Shown here one piece after another: positions 9,390 to 19,363 of a stretch of DNA of 64,000 nucleotides. Source of the DNA: Hyphomicrobiales bacterium (lineage in GTDB: Bacteria; Pseudomonadota; Alphaproteobacteria; Rhizobiales; OSC116). The notes beneath the pieces were generated by a model, which worked only from the letters and a program-made list of their open reading frames with translations, was not told the origin of the DNA and did no database searches. The stretch lies in contig JABSRZ010000006.1 in the NCBI GenBank assembly GCA_013214705.1, positions 156,338 through 220,337 of the forward strand, given 5' to 3'. Within the stretch, counting starts at the first letter, position 1. Each line of letters starts with the position of its first letter. A program made the position numbers and the translations under genes.

Positions 9390-10783
9390 GCGATTTCCTT
9401 ATTCATTATTAATTTCGATCTACCAAATTGGGTCATCATTGGAATGTTCATATTCAATATTGTTCCGGCTTCAGATGAACTAATGTCCAGCCTTCCTTGA
9501 TGGCTTTCAATGCGTTGGCGCATATTATATATTCCAATGCCTTCAAAATCGCGCTGGCTAGTGTCGGCGTTAAAACCAACGCCGTCATCCGCAAGTGTCA
9601 ATATTACAGTTTTAGCATCAACTTCAAGGGCAATCCACACATACTGCGCTCTGGCGTGTTTGATGATGTTGGTGGTTGCCTCTTGAAAAACCCGAAAAAG
9701 AGTGTTTGAGATAGGGGTCGGCAGGCGTTCAGCGTCACCTTTATATTCAAACTCAAATATAGTGTCGCCGCAATGGTTAAGTTCGGCAAGGCTGGCTTCT
9801 ATGGCGGCAAATAGGCCTAATTCATCCAAATCACGCGGTCGCAAATCGTGCGAAATACGCCGAATTTCATTGCCTATACCACTCAATTTGCTAAGCGCAC
9901 CATCAAGTGAAGATATATTTTTTTCGTCGACCTCGCTCATTTTTAATTTTTTGCGGGCATGTTCGATGTCAAACCGGGTGGCGGTTATAAGTTGGCTTAC
10001 GCCGTCATGCAATTCTTTGGATACGCGCGAGCGCTCTTCTTCTTGGGTGGTTAAAATTCGTTCATTTAATTTTTGCAGGCGCCTATCTGCCAAGCCTAAT
10101 TCGCGGGTGTTTAAAGTAAAGGTGAAGAAATAAATCACCACAGTCGAGATGATGGCCAATAGGCCAGTTAACAATAAGCTATTTTCGACTGAATCTTTAA
10201 CGTTGGCTCTGATGCTTTTGGTTTTTTCAGTCACATCATCCACATATAGGCCGGTGCCAAACACCCAGTCTAAACCCTTAAGTTCGACATTGTAACTAAT
10301 TTTTGGCGCTGGTTTTAGGGTCGATGGTCGCTCCCAAATATAATGGGTAAAGCCGCCACCATTTAGAGCCGCATCTATCAAATCTCTTATCACCAGATTG
10401 CCTTCCACATCTTGCAGGCTGATCCAGTTTTTGCCAATGCGGTATGGCTGTTTGGCATGGGCAATGTTAGTGCCATAAATGTCATAGACATAAAAATATC
10501 CATTGTCGCCATATTCCATACTGGTCAAGGTTTCGGCTATGCGTTTAAGAGCGGTTTTATCGCCGGTCAAAGCTTGTTCATAATCTAGTTTTATGGCGGC
10601 CAGAGCAAGTGAGATATGGCTTTTTAATGCGCTCTTTTTTTCATCAATGAGGGTTTGTTCAATCAATGCTATCTCGTTGGCGGCCAAAGAGCGGGTCTGT
10701 ACAAAAAACATAAGCGATATCAAACCAATGACAATGATGAGGGGAATGGTGCCGAGTAACATCATCTTTAAGCGCAGGTTCAT
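9386..10783 (-). CDS. Single-Cache-domain sensor histidine kinase (HisKA_3 type)
   Basis: TM-sCache_2 (YG.NGYFYVYD, WVFGTGLYVDD)-TM; ERSRVSKELHDGVSQ; QEATTNIIKHA; DDGVGF. Confidence 0.92.
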   Translation of the reverse strand: MNLRLKMMLLGTIPLIIVIGLISLMFFVQTRSLAANEIALIEQTLIDEKKSALKSHISLALAAIKLDYEQALTGDKTALKRIAETLTSMEYGDNGYFYVYDIYGTNIAHAKQPYRIGKNWISLQDVEGNLVIRDLIDAALNGGGFTHYIWERPSTLKPAPKISYNVELKGLDWVFGTGLYVDDVTEKTKSIRANVKDSVENSLLLTGLLAIISTVVIYFFTFTLNTRELGLADRRLQKLNERILTTQEEERSRVSKELHDGVSQLITATRFDIEHARKKLKMSEVDEKNISSLDGALSKLSGIGNEIRRISHDLRPRDLDELGLFAAIEASLAELNHCGDTIFEFEYKGDAERLPTPISNTLFRVFQEATTNIIKHARAQYVWIALEVDAKTVILTLADDGVGFNADTSQRDFEGIGIYNMRQRIESHQGRLDISSSEAGTILNMNIPMMTQFGRSKLIMNKEIA

Positions 10784-11034
10784 AAATGTCTCGAATTTTG
10801 GTTTTAAATGGCGGTTTTAGCGGATTAATTAGCAGTTGTAAAAAACTTTGCAGCTCATATACTACATAAATGAATGAATATAAACCATCGAAATAAGCAT
10901 ATTTGCGGCAATCTACGGGTTTTCCGCAAGCCATCTGCGTATTAAATGGGATATATTTATTTAGGCATAAATTGTACAATTGCTACGCTATGGGCTTAAT
11001 CTATAGCGAGACCCATAATTTGAGGGAGAATTAA

Positions 11035-12123
11035 ATGGATCGTCGTAAATTTTTAAGGGGTGCAGGTGTTGCTGCTGTTGGCGTAACTGCCGCTACCCTA
11101 ACTACACCAGCTCTAGCTGCTGGCGTTAAAAATCTTAAAATGGTTACCAGTTGGCCAAAAGGTTTCCCAGGGTTGGGCACAGGTGCACAACAATTTGTAG
11201 ACCGGGTGAATTTAGCTTCTGATGGCGCTATTAACATCAAGCTTTATGGTGGTGGTGAATTGGTTGGCGCGCTAGAATGTCATGACGCTGTACAAGCTGG
11301 TACTGCCGATTTATATCATAGTGCCGAATATTATTACCAAGGCAAAAGCAAAGCGTTTAACTTTTTTACTGCGGTGCCATTTGGCTTTACCGCCAACGAA
11401 ATGGATGCGTGGATTCAGCATGGTGGTGGCCAAGAGCTTTGGGATGAAGTGTCAGGCGGCTTTAACATTAAATGTTTGCCTTGCCTAAATACTGGCGTGC
11501 AAATGGGTGGTTGGTTTACCAAAGAAATCAACAGCATTGAAGATTTCAAAGGCCTTAAAATGCGTATTCCCGGTTTGGGCGGCGCTGTGCATGCTAAACT
11601 TGGTGGCACACCAGTTACCTTGCCAGGTTCAGAAATTATGCCGGCATTACAAGCTGGTACAATTGATGCTACAGAATGGGTTGGCCCGTGGAATGACCAA
11701 GCGTTTGGCTTCTATAAAGTGGCTAAAAATGCTTATTTCCCAGGTTTCCATGAGCCCGGTTCAATGTTGTCTCTTGGCTTTAATAAAGACGTTTGGGAAG
11801 CCTTCACACCATCTGAGCAAGCTCTCCTAACCGCTTGTGCATTGGCTGTTAACAATAATGTATCTGCCGAATATAACGCCAAATCAACCGCTGCGCTAGA
11901 AAATCTTGTGGCCAATCATGGCGTTATTTATCGTGAGTTTTCAGATGAAATCTTTGTCGCCATGGGCGAAGCTTCTAAAGAAGTTTTGGCCGAAGTTGCT
12001 GCGACAGACGCGATCACCAAAAAAGTTCATGATAGCTTTATGGCTTTCCGTAAGGATGCCTTGGTATGGTCTGAATATTCAGACGCTTCGTACATGCGCA
12101 AACGGGCATTGGTAGACTTTTAA
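11035..12123 (+). CDS. TRAP transporter substrate-binding protein (TakP-like), Tat signal
   Basis: MDRRKFL twin-arginine signal; NTGVQMGGWF, GLKMRIPG, IDATEWVGP. Confidence 0.93.
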   Translation: MDRRKFLRGAGVAAVGVTAATLTTPALAAGVKNLKMVTSWPKGFPGLGTGAQQFVDRVNLASDGAINIKLYGGGELVGALECHDAVQAGTADLYHSAEYYYQGKSKAFNFFTAVPFGFTANEMDAWIQHGGGQELWDEVSGGFNIKCLPCLNTGVQMGGWFTKEINSIEDFKGLKMRIPGLGGAVHAKLGGTPVTLPGSEIMPALQAGTIDATEWVGPWNDQAFGFYKVAKNAYFPGFHEPGSMLSLGFNKDVWEAFTPSEQALLTACALAVNNNVSAEYNAKSTAALENLVANHGVIYREFSDEIFVAMGEASKEVLAEVAATDAITKKVHDSFMAFRKDALVWSEYSDASYMRKRALVDF

Positions 12124-12143
12124 GTTTTACCAATAATCAATTT

Positions 12144-12175
12144 ATGCTGCCAAAGGCCTAGGCTTTTGGCAGCAT
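12144..12175 (+). terminator. Stem-loop between dctP and dctQ (attenuating or mRNA-stabilising hairpin)
   Basis: ATGCTGCCAAAGGCC-TA-GGCTTTTGGCAGCAT. Confidence 0.65.
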
Positions 12176-12208
12176 GATTTTTATCATATTTACGGCTTGG
12201 AGCGCGCA

Positions 12209-12799
12209 ATGCTATTTCTTGACGCCATCAGCAAAAAAATAGATTCCCTAAACGATATTATCGGACGCGGTGTGGCATGGCTCACATTGTTAATGGTGCT
12301 TACTCAGTTTTTTGTGGTTATTTTTCGCTATGTTTTTTCGGTTAGTTTCATCCCCATGCAAGAGAGTATATGGTATTTGCACGGCATTATATTTATGCTA
12401 GGTGCAGGTTATACATTATTGCATAATGAACATGTCAGGGTGGATGTATTTTACCGCGATGCCAAGCCAAAAAATAAAGCCTTGGTCGATTTGTTGGGCA
12501 GTGTTTTATATCTCATACCTATATGTGTTTTAATTTTTTATTACTCCTTTGATTATGTCATGAATAGTTGGGCGGTGTTTGAAGGCTCGACTGAGACCAA
12601 TGGTCTGGACGCTAAATATTTATTAAAAACGGTTATTTGGGCATTTGCATTGTTAATGTCATTGCAAGGCGCATCTTTGGCCATAAAAGCCATTTTATAC
12701 CGCGCCGGCAAAGGCGATCATTATGATGATTTAGAGGAAGATGAATTCCTCTCCGAAGAATATCGTGCCGAATTGGCAGAACAGGATCATCTTTCATGA
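12209..12799 (+). CDS. TRAP transporter small permease (DctQ)
   Basis: FRYVF, HVRVDVFY; four TM segments. Confidence 0.92.
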   Translation: MLFLDAISKKIDSLNDIIGRGVAWLTLLMVLTQFFVVIFRYVFSVSFIPMQESIWYLHGIIFMLGAGYTLLHNEHVRVDVFYRDAKPKNKALVDLLGSVLYLIPICVLIFYYSFDYVMNSWAVFEGSTETNGLDAKYLLKTVIWAFALLMSLQGASLAIKAILYRAGKGDHYDDLEEDEFLSEEYRAELAEQDHLS

Positions 12800-14409
12800 T
12801 TTCACCAGAAATGTTATTAGGCCTGATGTTTTTCACCGCGTTTGGCTTGTTATTAACCGGGTTTCCGGTGGCGTTTGTGCTTAGTGGTACGGGCGCTGTG
12901 TTTGCCTTTATCGGTGCGGCCATGGGCGTGTTTGATTTAAGCCTACTTGGCGCATTCCCACAGCGTATATTTGGCACGATGACCAATGAAGTGCTGGTGG
13001 CTGTGCCGCTATTTGTGTTTATGGGCGTGATGCTGGAGCGCTCGCGCGTGGCCGAGGAATTGCTCGACAATATGGGGCGTTTATTTGGCTCTTTGCCCGG
13101 CGGTTTGGCGTTTAGCGTATGTATAGTGGGCGCGCTGTTGGCGGCATCTACCGGCATTGTGGGGGCCACCGTGGTCACTATGGGTTTGCTTAGTTTGCCA
13201 ACCATGTTAAAGCGTGGTTATAGCGTCACATTGGCCACCGGCACCATTGCCGCATCTGGTACATTGGGGCAGATAATTCCGCCGTCTATTGTGCTGGTTT
13301 TGCTGGGCGAACAATTGTCTAATAGCTACCAAACGGCTCAGTTTTCTATGGGCATTTTCAGCCCCGATACCATCACTGCCAATGACTTATTTGCCGGTGC
13401 GTTATTCCCGGGTTTAATGCTGGTCGGCATGTATATATTGTACCAAATATTTTATGCGGTTATGTGGCCACATAAAGTGCCACCGATCCCACGCGATGAG
13501 CTAGAAACGCAAGATAAAGCTGCGTTTATTCGCTCGCTATTGTCGTCACTTTTTGCACCACTGATTCTAATATTAGCGGTTTTAGGCTCTATTTTGGGTG
13601 GTTTGGCCTCACCAACAGAAGCCGCAGCGGTGGGTAGTGTTGGTTCGCTATTATTGGCCGGTTACCGCGTCTCGCCCGAAAAAGGCCGGATGATTTTGGT
13701 TGGTGGTTTGGCTTTAATTGTGATGCTAACCATCGCCCAATATTATGATTTACGAGTGTCGCGGACGGTGATTCCGTTTGGCGATAAAGTTGCCATTGGC
13801 ATCTGTTTATTCATGTCAGCTCTGCTGATTTATGCGGTGTGGTTGGGCATATTGCGCACATTTAGCCATTTAGACCGAACCAATAACCCCATTTTGGTCA
13901 GCGTTATGCGCTCGACTTTAAAAATATCTTCGATGGTGTTTGTAATTTTGGTTGGCGCGGCGCTATTTTCCTTAGCCTTCCGTGGTTTTGGTGGCGATGA
14001 TTATATTGCCGACATTTTAGTTGACCTGCCGGGTGGCACGGTTGGGGCTATTTTATTGGTTATGGTGGTTATGTTTGTGATGGGCTTCTTCCTCGATTTC
14101 TTGGAAATTGTGTTCATTGTTGTGCCCATTGTGGCGCCGATATTGTTGCAAATGGAAATCGCCCCGGGGGTTTATATGAGCCCGGTATGGTTGGGCGTTA
14201 TGATGGCGATTAACCTGCAAACCAGCTTTTTAACCCCACCATTTGGGTTTGCATTATTCTATCTGCGGGGTGTGGCGCCGCCAAGCGTAAAAACCACCGA
14301 TATTTACAAAGGCGTTATCCCATTTGTGTTTATCCAATTATTTGCCTTGGTATTGTTGTGGTTCTTCCCAGAAATATCAACATGGTTGCCAGATTATATT
14401 TACTCTTGA
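12796..14409 (+). CDS. TRAP transporter large permease (DctM)
   Basis: GTLGQIIPPSI, SPTEAAAVG, NLQTSFLTPPFG. Confidence 0.94.
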   Translation: MISPEMLLGLMFFTAFGLLLTGFPVAFVLSGTGAVFAFIGAAMGVFDLSLLGAFPQRIFGTMTNEVLVAVPLFVFMGVMLERSRVAEELLDNMGRLFGSLPGGLAFSVCIVGALLAASTGIVGATVVTMGLLSLPTMLKRGYSVTLATGTIAASGTLGQIIPPSIVLVLLGEQLSNSYQTAQFSMGIFSPDTITANDLFAGALFPGLMLVGMYILYQIFYAVMWPHKVPPIPRDELETQDKAAFIRSLLSSLFAPLILILAVLGSILGGLASPTEAAAVGSVGSLLLAGYRVSPEKGRMILVGGLALIVMLTIAQYYDLRVSRTVIPFGDKVAIGICLFMSALLIYAVWLGILRTFSHLDRTNNPILVSVMRSTLKISSMVFVILVGAALFSLAFRGFGGDDYIADILVDLPGGTVGAILLVMVVMFVMGFFLDFLEIVFIVVPIVAPILLQMEIAPGVYMSPVWLGVMMAINLQTSFLTPPFGFALFYLRGVAPPSVKTTDIYKGVIPFVFIQLFALVLLWFFPEISTWLPDYIYS

Positions 14410-14412
14410 TAT

Positions 14413-14435
14413 AAACCCCACAATTGTGGGGTTTT
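14413..14435 (+). terminator. Palindromic terminator-like hairpin after dctM
   Basis: Perfect palindrome AAACCCCACAATTGTGGGGTTT. Confidence 0.65.
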
Positions 14436-14439
14436 GCCT

Positions 14440-14590
14440 GCTTGTTCGCAACACAAATGTTTCACATTTGCTGGCTCGAAGCATTATAATTTGGCTTGTT
14501 CGCAACACAAATGTTTCACATTTGCTGGCTCGAAGCATTATAAATTGGCTTGTTCGCAACACAAATGTTTCACATTTTCTGGCTCGAAGC
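14440..14590. repeat. Repeat family B: three tandem 43-bp hairpin units, period 54 bp
   Basis: GCTTGTTCGCAACACAAATGTTTCACATTTGCTGGCTCGAAGC at 14440, 14494 and 14548 (third has one substitution); spacers ATTATAATTTG and ATTATAAATTG. Confidence 0.95.
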
Positions 14591-14704
14591 TATATCACCT
14601 GAGCTTGCTGCGACAATTTGGCAGGCGAGCTCTTGCTAATATAAGTTTACGCCCCTATATGTTGCTGATATATAGGTTGGATAAATTATAAAGTTGGGCG
14701 TTTA

Positions 14705-15862
14705 ATGCAAACAGATGATGATCATAACAATATGTTGGAATTTGTTAAATCGTCACGTCTGTTGCAAGAAGAGGCACAACAAGCCAGCCGCAATGTCACC
14801 GAGTTTATGCCGCAACATCATCTGGCCACACAAGGCGGCAAAATGGGCGTATTATTGGTCAATTTGGGCACGCCAGATAGCACCAGCGTAGCCGATGTCA
14901 AAAAATATCTACGCGAGTTTTTATCTGACCCTAAAGTTGTGGAATTGCCGCGCATTTTATGGCTGCCGTTATTATATGGTTTTATCAGTGTTTTCAAAGC
15001 CCCAAAATCGGCCGAAAATTATAAGAAAATATGGAATAAATCACTAAATGATTCGCCCCTGCGCATCATCACCAGAGGTCAATTTCACCGGCTAAATGAG
15101 CGCATCGGATCTGATGATGTCATCGTGCAATGGGCAATGCGTTATGGCAACCCGTCTATCGAGAGCAAAATTAACAATCTTAAACAACAAGGTTGCGACC
15201 GAATATTACTGGTGCCTTTATACCCGCAATATAGCGCTACCACCACCGCAACGGCGGTGGATGAGGTCAACCGAGTGATAAAACATATGCGTTGGCAACC
15301 GGCTATATCGGTTTTACCAGCCTATTTCGACCACGCTTATTATATAGATGCCTTGGCAAAAAGCAGTTTGGAGCATTTTTATAAAACCAATTTTAAACCC
15401 GATGCTATTTTGGCCAGCTTCCATGGGTTGCCCGCAACCTCATTAACCAATGGCGACCCGTATTATTGCCAAGCCATAAAAACCTCGCGCCTGTTAGCTG
15501 AACGTTTGGGCTTGGGCGCCGATGGCGTGGTCACCAGTTTTCAAAGCCGGTTTGGCAAAGCCAAATGGTTGCAGCCGTATACCTTGGCAACAGTTAAAAA
15601 ATTAGCCAGCCAGGGGGTTAAAAAACTAGCGGTTATAACCCCCGGTTTTAGTGCCGATTGTTTAGAAACACTCGAAGAAATATGTATGGAAATCAAAGCC
15701 GATTTCATCAATGCCGGCGGCACAGAGTTTAGTTTTATCCCGTGCTTGAATGACAGCGACATTGGCATAGATATGCTGCACAATTTGGTCAATGATGAGC
15801 TGCACGCATTTAACGCCAGATCATCCATCGGTTCAGCCGCAAATGCAAAATCTATTTCTTAA
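14705..15862 (+). CDS. hemH: Ferrochelatase (start uncertain; possible N-terminal extension)
   Basis: GVLLVNLGTP, MRYGNPS, PLYPQYS, SFHGLP, FQSRFG..WLQP, DCLETLEE. Confidence 0.96.
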   Translation: MQTDDDHNNMLEFVKSSRLLQEEAQQASRNVTEFMPQHHLATQGGKMGVLLVNLGTPDSTSVADVKKYLREFLSDPKVVELPRILWLPLLYGFISVFKAPKSAENYKKIWNKSLNDSPLRIITRGQFHRLNERIGSDDVIVQWAMRYGNPSIESKINNLKQQGCDRILLVPLYPQYSATTTATAVDEVNRVIKHMRWQPAISVLPAYFDHAYYIDALAKSSLEHFYKTNFKPDAILASFHGLPATSLTNGDPYYCQAIKTSRLLAERLGLGADGVVTSFQSRFGKAKWLQPYTLATVKKLASQGVKKLAVITPGFSADCLETLEEICMEIKADFINAGGTEFSFIPCLNDSDIGIDMLHNLVNDELHAFNARSSIGSAANAKSIS

Positions 15863-16772
15863 CTTGGCTCAATAAATAAATGCCGATAATCACCAATATA
15901 GTGCCGGCTAAGTGATAAATGGTAAAGCTTTCACCTAGGCTCAACACCGCAAAAATACTGGTAAATATCGGCCCGATGCCGATGGATATCGAGGTCGGGC
16001 CACTGCCAATGCGGCTGACCGCTTCGGCCAATAAATAAGATGGGATAACCGTGCAAATAATGGCGGTTACAAAACTAAGCCAAAATACATAAAGGCTGAT
16101 ATTGGTAAATTCTAACCCGCTCGAAAATGCCCCATGGGTGAATATGGCCAGCGAGGCCGCCACCATAGCGATGGAGGTGAACATGCGGCTGCCCATCACT
16201 TTAATGGGCGATTTTTGAAACAACATATAACAGGCAAATGCCAACGCCGCGGCCAACACCCATAGCCCGCCTTTTAGCGCGTCATCACCAACAGTGTTCA
16301 GCTCGTTGCCAAACATAATGGCAATGCCGATATAGGCCAATATCATGGCGGCAAATTGTTTTAGCGATATTTTCTCGCGGTAAAAAATATAACCCAAAAT
16401 GGCCACAAAGGTCGGGTAGGTGAACAGGACAATGCGTTCTAACTGGGCGCTGATATATTGGATGCCGACCAGATCAAAATAGGTGGCAACATAATAGCCC
16501 AATATGCCGATTAGGCCGGTCTGTAATAGTAATTTGGCAGTAAATTTAACTTGGCCTACGCGGCTGCGATACACCATATAGCCAATAATTACATATATCG
16601 GCAATGATATTATCATCCGCCAAATGATGATGATTTCAGTCTGCACCCCTTCGGCATAGAGTAATTTAATCAATACCGGCTTGAGCGAAAACAAAGCCGC
16701 TCCGAGCAATGCGAAAGCGATGCCAACGGGGTCAATTTTGGTAGGTGATTTTAGGATGTTGTTTTCTGACAT
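15852..16772 (-). CDS. DMT/EamA family transporter
   Basis: About 10 TM segments in two EamA repeats; LERIVLFTYPTFV; likely start at 16772. Confidence 0.88.
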   Translation of the reverse strand: MSENNILKSPTKIDPVGIAFALLGAALFSLKPVLIKLLYAEGVQTEIIIIWRMIISLPIYVIIGYMVYRSRVGQVKFTAKLLLQTGLIGILGYYVATYFDLVGIQYISAQLERIVLFTYPTFVAILGYIFYREKISLKQFAAMILAYIGIAIMFGNELNTVGDDALKGGLWVLAAALAFACYMLFQKSPIKVMGSRMFTSIAMVAASLAIFTHGAFSSGLEFTNISLYVFWLSFVTAIICTVIPSYLLAEAVSRIGSGPTSISIGIGPIFTSIFAVLSLGESFTIYHLAGTILVIIGIYLLSQVKK

Positions 16773-16888
16773 GGATTGTAATATATGTGTTTTTTTGAGC
16801 CTGTCATCTAAATAATGTTGATGGGTTAGATCAAGTTTATTTACCGATCTGAAACCGTGTTTGTTCGCGTAATTCTCCACCTGTTTCT

Positions 16889-17893
16889 CTATCTGTTTCT
16901 GGGGTGCGCCAGTTCATGGATATTGCGTAAATAATCGGCATTCACCTCGGTATATATCTGGGTGGTCGAAAGGCTGGCATGGCCTAATAATTCTTGAATG
17001 GTGCGCAAATCACCGCCAGCGGTTAGCAAATGGGTGGCAAAGCTATGGCGCAAGGCGTGGGGGGTGGCGCTTTCGGGGAGCCCAAGCTGATAACGCAATT
17101 TCTCGGTTTTTTTCTGTATCGCCCGCGCGCCTAAACGTTTGCCCTGCACGCCGTAAAATAACGGGTCAATCGCGTCACTCACATAAGGGCAGATTTTTTG
17201 GTAAGCGGCTATTGCCTCGACGGCAACGGGTAATATGGGCACCAGCCGGGTTTTGTTGCCCTTGCCCAAAATATTCATCACCCCAGAATTCACCCCATAT
17301 AGGTCTTTGCCATTTAAGCCCAAAGCTTCGGATATGCGCAAACCGCAACCATATAGCAAAATCAACACCGCCATGTCACGGGCATCAACCCAGTCATCAT
17401 CGGCCGTAATTTTGCCCCGGCTTAAGTTTTTAACCTCGGCAATGAGTTTTTTGCTCATATCCACGCTTAGAGGTTTGGGCAAGCTATGGCCAATTTTGGG
17501 CGAGCGGATGGTTTTAATATGGCCGTTAATGAGAATGTTGTTTTTCTCTAAATATCTAAAGAATGACCTTAGGGTCGATAAGTTACGCGCCATCGATCGC
17601 GCTTCTAATCCGCTTGATTTTCTATAGGCTAAATAGGCTCTGAAATCTTGCAATTTTAGCTGCTCGAGCGACTTCATGTCGGCATATTGACCCAGATGAT
17701 AGGTCAAAAATACAAAGAAATTTTTTATGTCAGCCAAATAGGCATCAATGGTTTTGGGGCTGCAACGTTTTTCGCTTATCAGCCAAATAAGCCATTGGCG
17801 CAAATATTTGTTGGTCGCACCATCACACTCGGCCAGCACACCATCTGGCTCAGATAATAATTGTTTTAATTTGTCACTATTCGCTATGGCCAT
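16889..17893 (-). CDS. xerC: Tyrosine recombinase XerC
   Basis: YGCGLRISE, GKGNKTR, TPHALRHSFATHLL, LLGHASLSTTQIYT; located near fsa and priA. Confidence 0.92.
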   Translation of the reverse strand: MAIANSDKLKQLLSEPDGVLAECDGATNKYLRQWLIWLISEKRCSPKTIDAYLADIKNFFVFLTYHLGQYADMKSLEQLKLQDFRAYLAYRKSSGLEARSMARNLSTLRSFFRYLEKNNILINGHIKTIRSPKIGHSLPKPLSVDMSKKLIAEVKNLSRGKITADDDWVDARDMAVLILLYGCGLRISEALGLNGKDLYGVNSGVMNILGKGNKTRLVPILPVAVEAIAAYQKICPYVSDAIDPLFYGVQGKRLGARAIQKKTEKLRYQLGLPESATPHALRHSFATHLLTAGGDLRTIQELLGHASLSTTQIYTEVNADYLRNIHELAHPRNR

Positions 17894-17926
17894 GCCTATT
17901 CATAACATGAAATTGTTAAATAAAAA

Positions 17927-17978
17927 GCAGATACACATCTGCATATTTGCTTTGGTTTCCGCTAGCTCGAAGCTTTAT
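17927..17978. repeat. Partial family B unit
   Basis: GCAGAT-ACAC-ATCTGC hairpin and GCTAGCTCGAAGCTTTAT end matching family B. Confidence 0.55.
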
Positions 17979-18325
17979 GAATGCAGAGGTTCCTCGGCAA
18001 GATTTTCTGCCCAAACCTTGGCAACTTGCCCCAAGGGCACAAGATGTAGGTATAGGTCTTTGCCCAATTGGGTAACCGCATAACCTTGCTCGACGCGATG
18101 CACCAAACCCGCAGCTTTGAGTTCTTTGAGCCGTTGATTCAAAACCGCGGGTGAGATGGTTTCGCATTTTTCTTGCAAGTGGCGAAATGTTGATGGTCCA
18201 ATCTCGGCGAGTGTCCATAAAACGCCCATTGCCCATCGGCGGCCGATTAAATCGAACAATGCCATAATTGGTGCGCCACTGCGAGAACCGCGAACGGGCT
18301 GGCCGGGTCTTGGTATGTCGGTCAT
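17975..18325 (-). CDS. HxlR-family winged-helix transcriptional regulator
   Basis: GRPVRGS-like N-terminus, DLIGRRW, ISPAVLNQRLKEL..AGLV, Y..T.LG. Confidence 0.88.
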   Translation of the reverse strand: MTDIPRPGQPVRGSRSGAPIMALFDLIGRRWAMGVLWTLAEIGPSTFRHLQEKCETISPAVLNQRLKELKAAGLVHRVEQGYAVTQLGKDLYLHLVPLGQVAKVWAENLAEEPLHS

Positions 18326-18327
18326 TA

Positions 18328-18376
18328 TGCTATACTTTCCATAGCAGATGTGCTATTTGCTATTAAATCAATAGCA
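18328..18376. promoter_or_regulatory. Two TGCTAT-N7-ATAGCA palindromic operators
   Basis: 18328-18346 and 18358-18376, 30 bp apart, in the divergent hxlR/lactonase promoter region. Confidence 0.7.
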
Positions 18377-18397
18377 TAATTATCGGAGTGTGAAAAG

Positions 18398-19321
18398 ATG
18401 ATAACCAAAACCAAAAATTATGAGATTAGAGATGATCGCTTTCGCAGAAGCGTAAAACTTGACGAAGCTATTGAGCAGATTTGGACCGGCGGGCGCTGGA
18501 CAGAAGGTCCGGTTTACTCACCGGCATTCCGCTGCTTAATTTGGAGCGACATACCCAATGATAGGCGGCTCCGATGGGATGAGCTGACGGGTGCTATCGG
18601 CGATATTCGCAGCGGTTTAGGCTATTATACCAACGGCGCGACGCTCGATGGCCAAGGGCGGATTATTGCCTGCGAACATGGCACAAGGTCGGTTACCCGC
18701 ATAGAACATGACGGCTCCGCCACCACTTTAGCCAGCCATTTTGACGGCAAGCGGTTCAATAGCCCAAATGACGTGGTGGTGCATTCAGATGGCTCCATTT
18801 GGTTCACTGACCCTAGCTATGGTATTGAATCAGATTATGAGGGGTTTCAGGCCGAACCTGAGCTCGACGGCGAACATGTCTATCGACTAAATCCTGAAAC
18901 TAGAATCATCACAAAAGTCACTACTGACTTTGCCTGTCCCAACGGCTTGGCCTTTTCGCTTGATCAAAAATTGCTTTATATTGCGGATTCCGGCGGCACC
19001 CGTTATCAAAGCGGGGAACGCCATATAAGGGTGTTCGAAGTCGCAGCGGATGGAAGCTTAAGCAGTGGGGAAATATTTGCAGAATGCGAAAACGGCGTTT
19101 TTGACGGTTTTCGACTTGACGCGCAAGGCCGTATTTGGACCAGCGCAAAAGATGGTGTGCATTGTTACCACCCGGATGGGACGCTGTTGGGCAAAATATT
19201 TATACCTGAAGAGGTATCTAACCTATGTTTTGGCGGGCCGAAGTTGAACCGCCTATTCATCACCGCCTCGACCAGCGTATATTCGGTTCTATTGCCAACA
19301 ACTGGTCGGAGCTTGGTTTAA
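18398..19321 (+). CDS. SMP-30/gluconolactonase/LRE family protein
   Basis: WTEGP, WSDIPN, NSPNDVVV, FTDPSYG, PNGLAFS, DGFRLD. Confidence 0.92.
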   Translation: MITKTKNYEIRDDRFRRSVKLDEAIEQIWTGGRWTEGPVYSPAFRCLIWSDIPNDRRLRWDELTGAIGDIRSGLGYYTNGATLDGQGRIIACEHGTRSVTRIEHDGSATTLASHFDGKRFNSPNDVVVHSDGSIWFTDPSYGIESDYEGFQAEPELDGEHVYRLNPETRIITKVTTDFACPNGLAFSLDQKLLYIADSGGTRYQSGERHIRVFEVAADGSLSSGEIFAECENGVFDGFRLDAQGRIWTSAKDGVHCYHPDGTLLGKIFIPEEVSNLCFGGPKLNRLFITASTSVYSVLLPTTGRSLV

Positions 19322-19323
19322 TG

Positions 19324-19363
19324 GCCAACACAAAACTAAGTTTGTGTTGGCTCGAAGCTTTAT
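19324..19363. repeat. Family B variant between convergent genes
   Basis: GCCAACACAAA-ACTAAG-TTTGTGTTGGC 11-bp stem followed by TCGAAGCTTTAT. Confidence 0.75.

Noticed and set aside
14440-14590. Possible CRISPR array
   Set aside because: Spacers are only 11 bp and nearly identical, the unit recurs elsewhere with altered interiors, and no cas genes are present.
16889-17893. Phage or island integrase
   Set aside because: Sequence and neighbourhood (fsa, priA) fit chromosomal XerC; no tRNA att site or phage genes.
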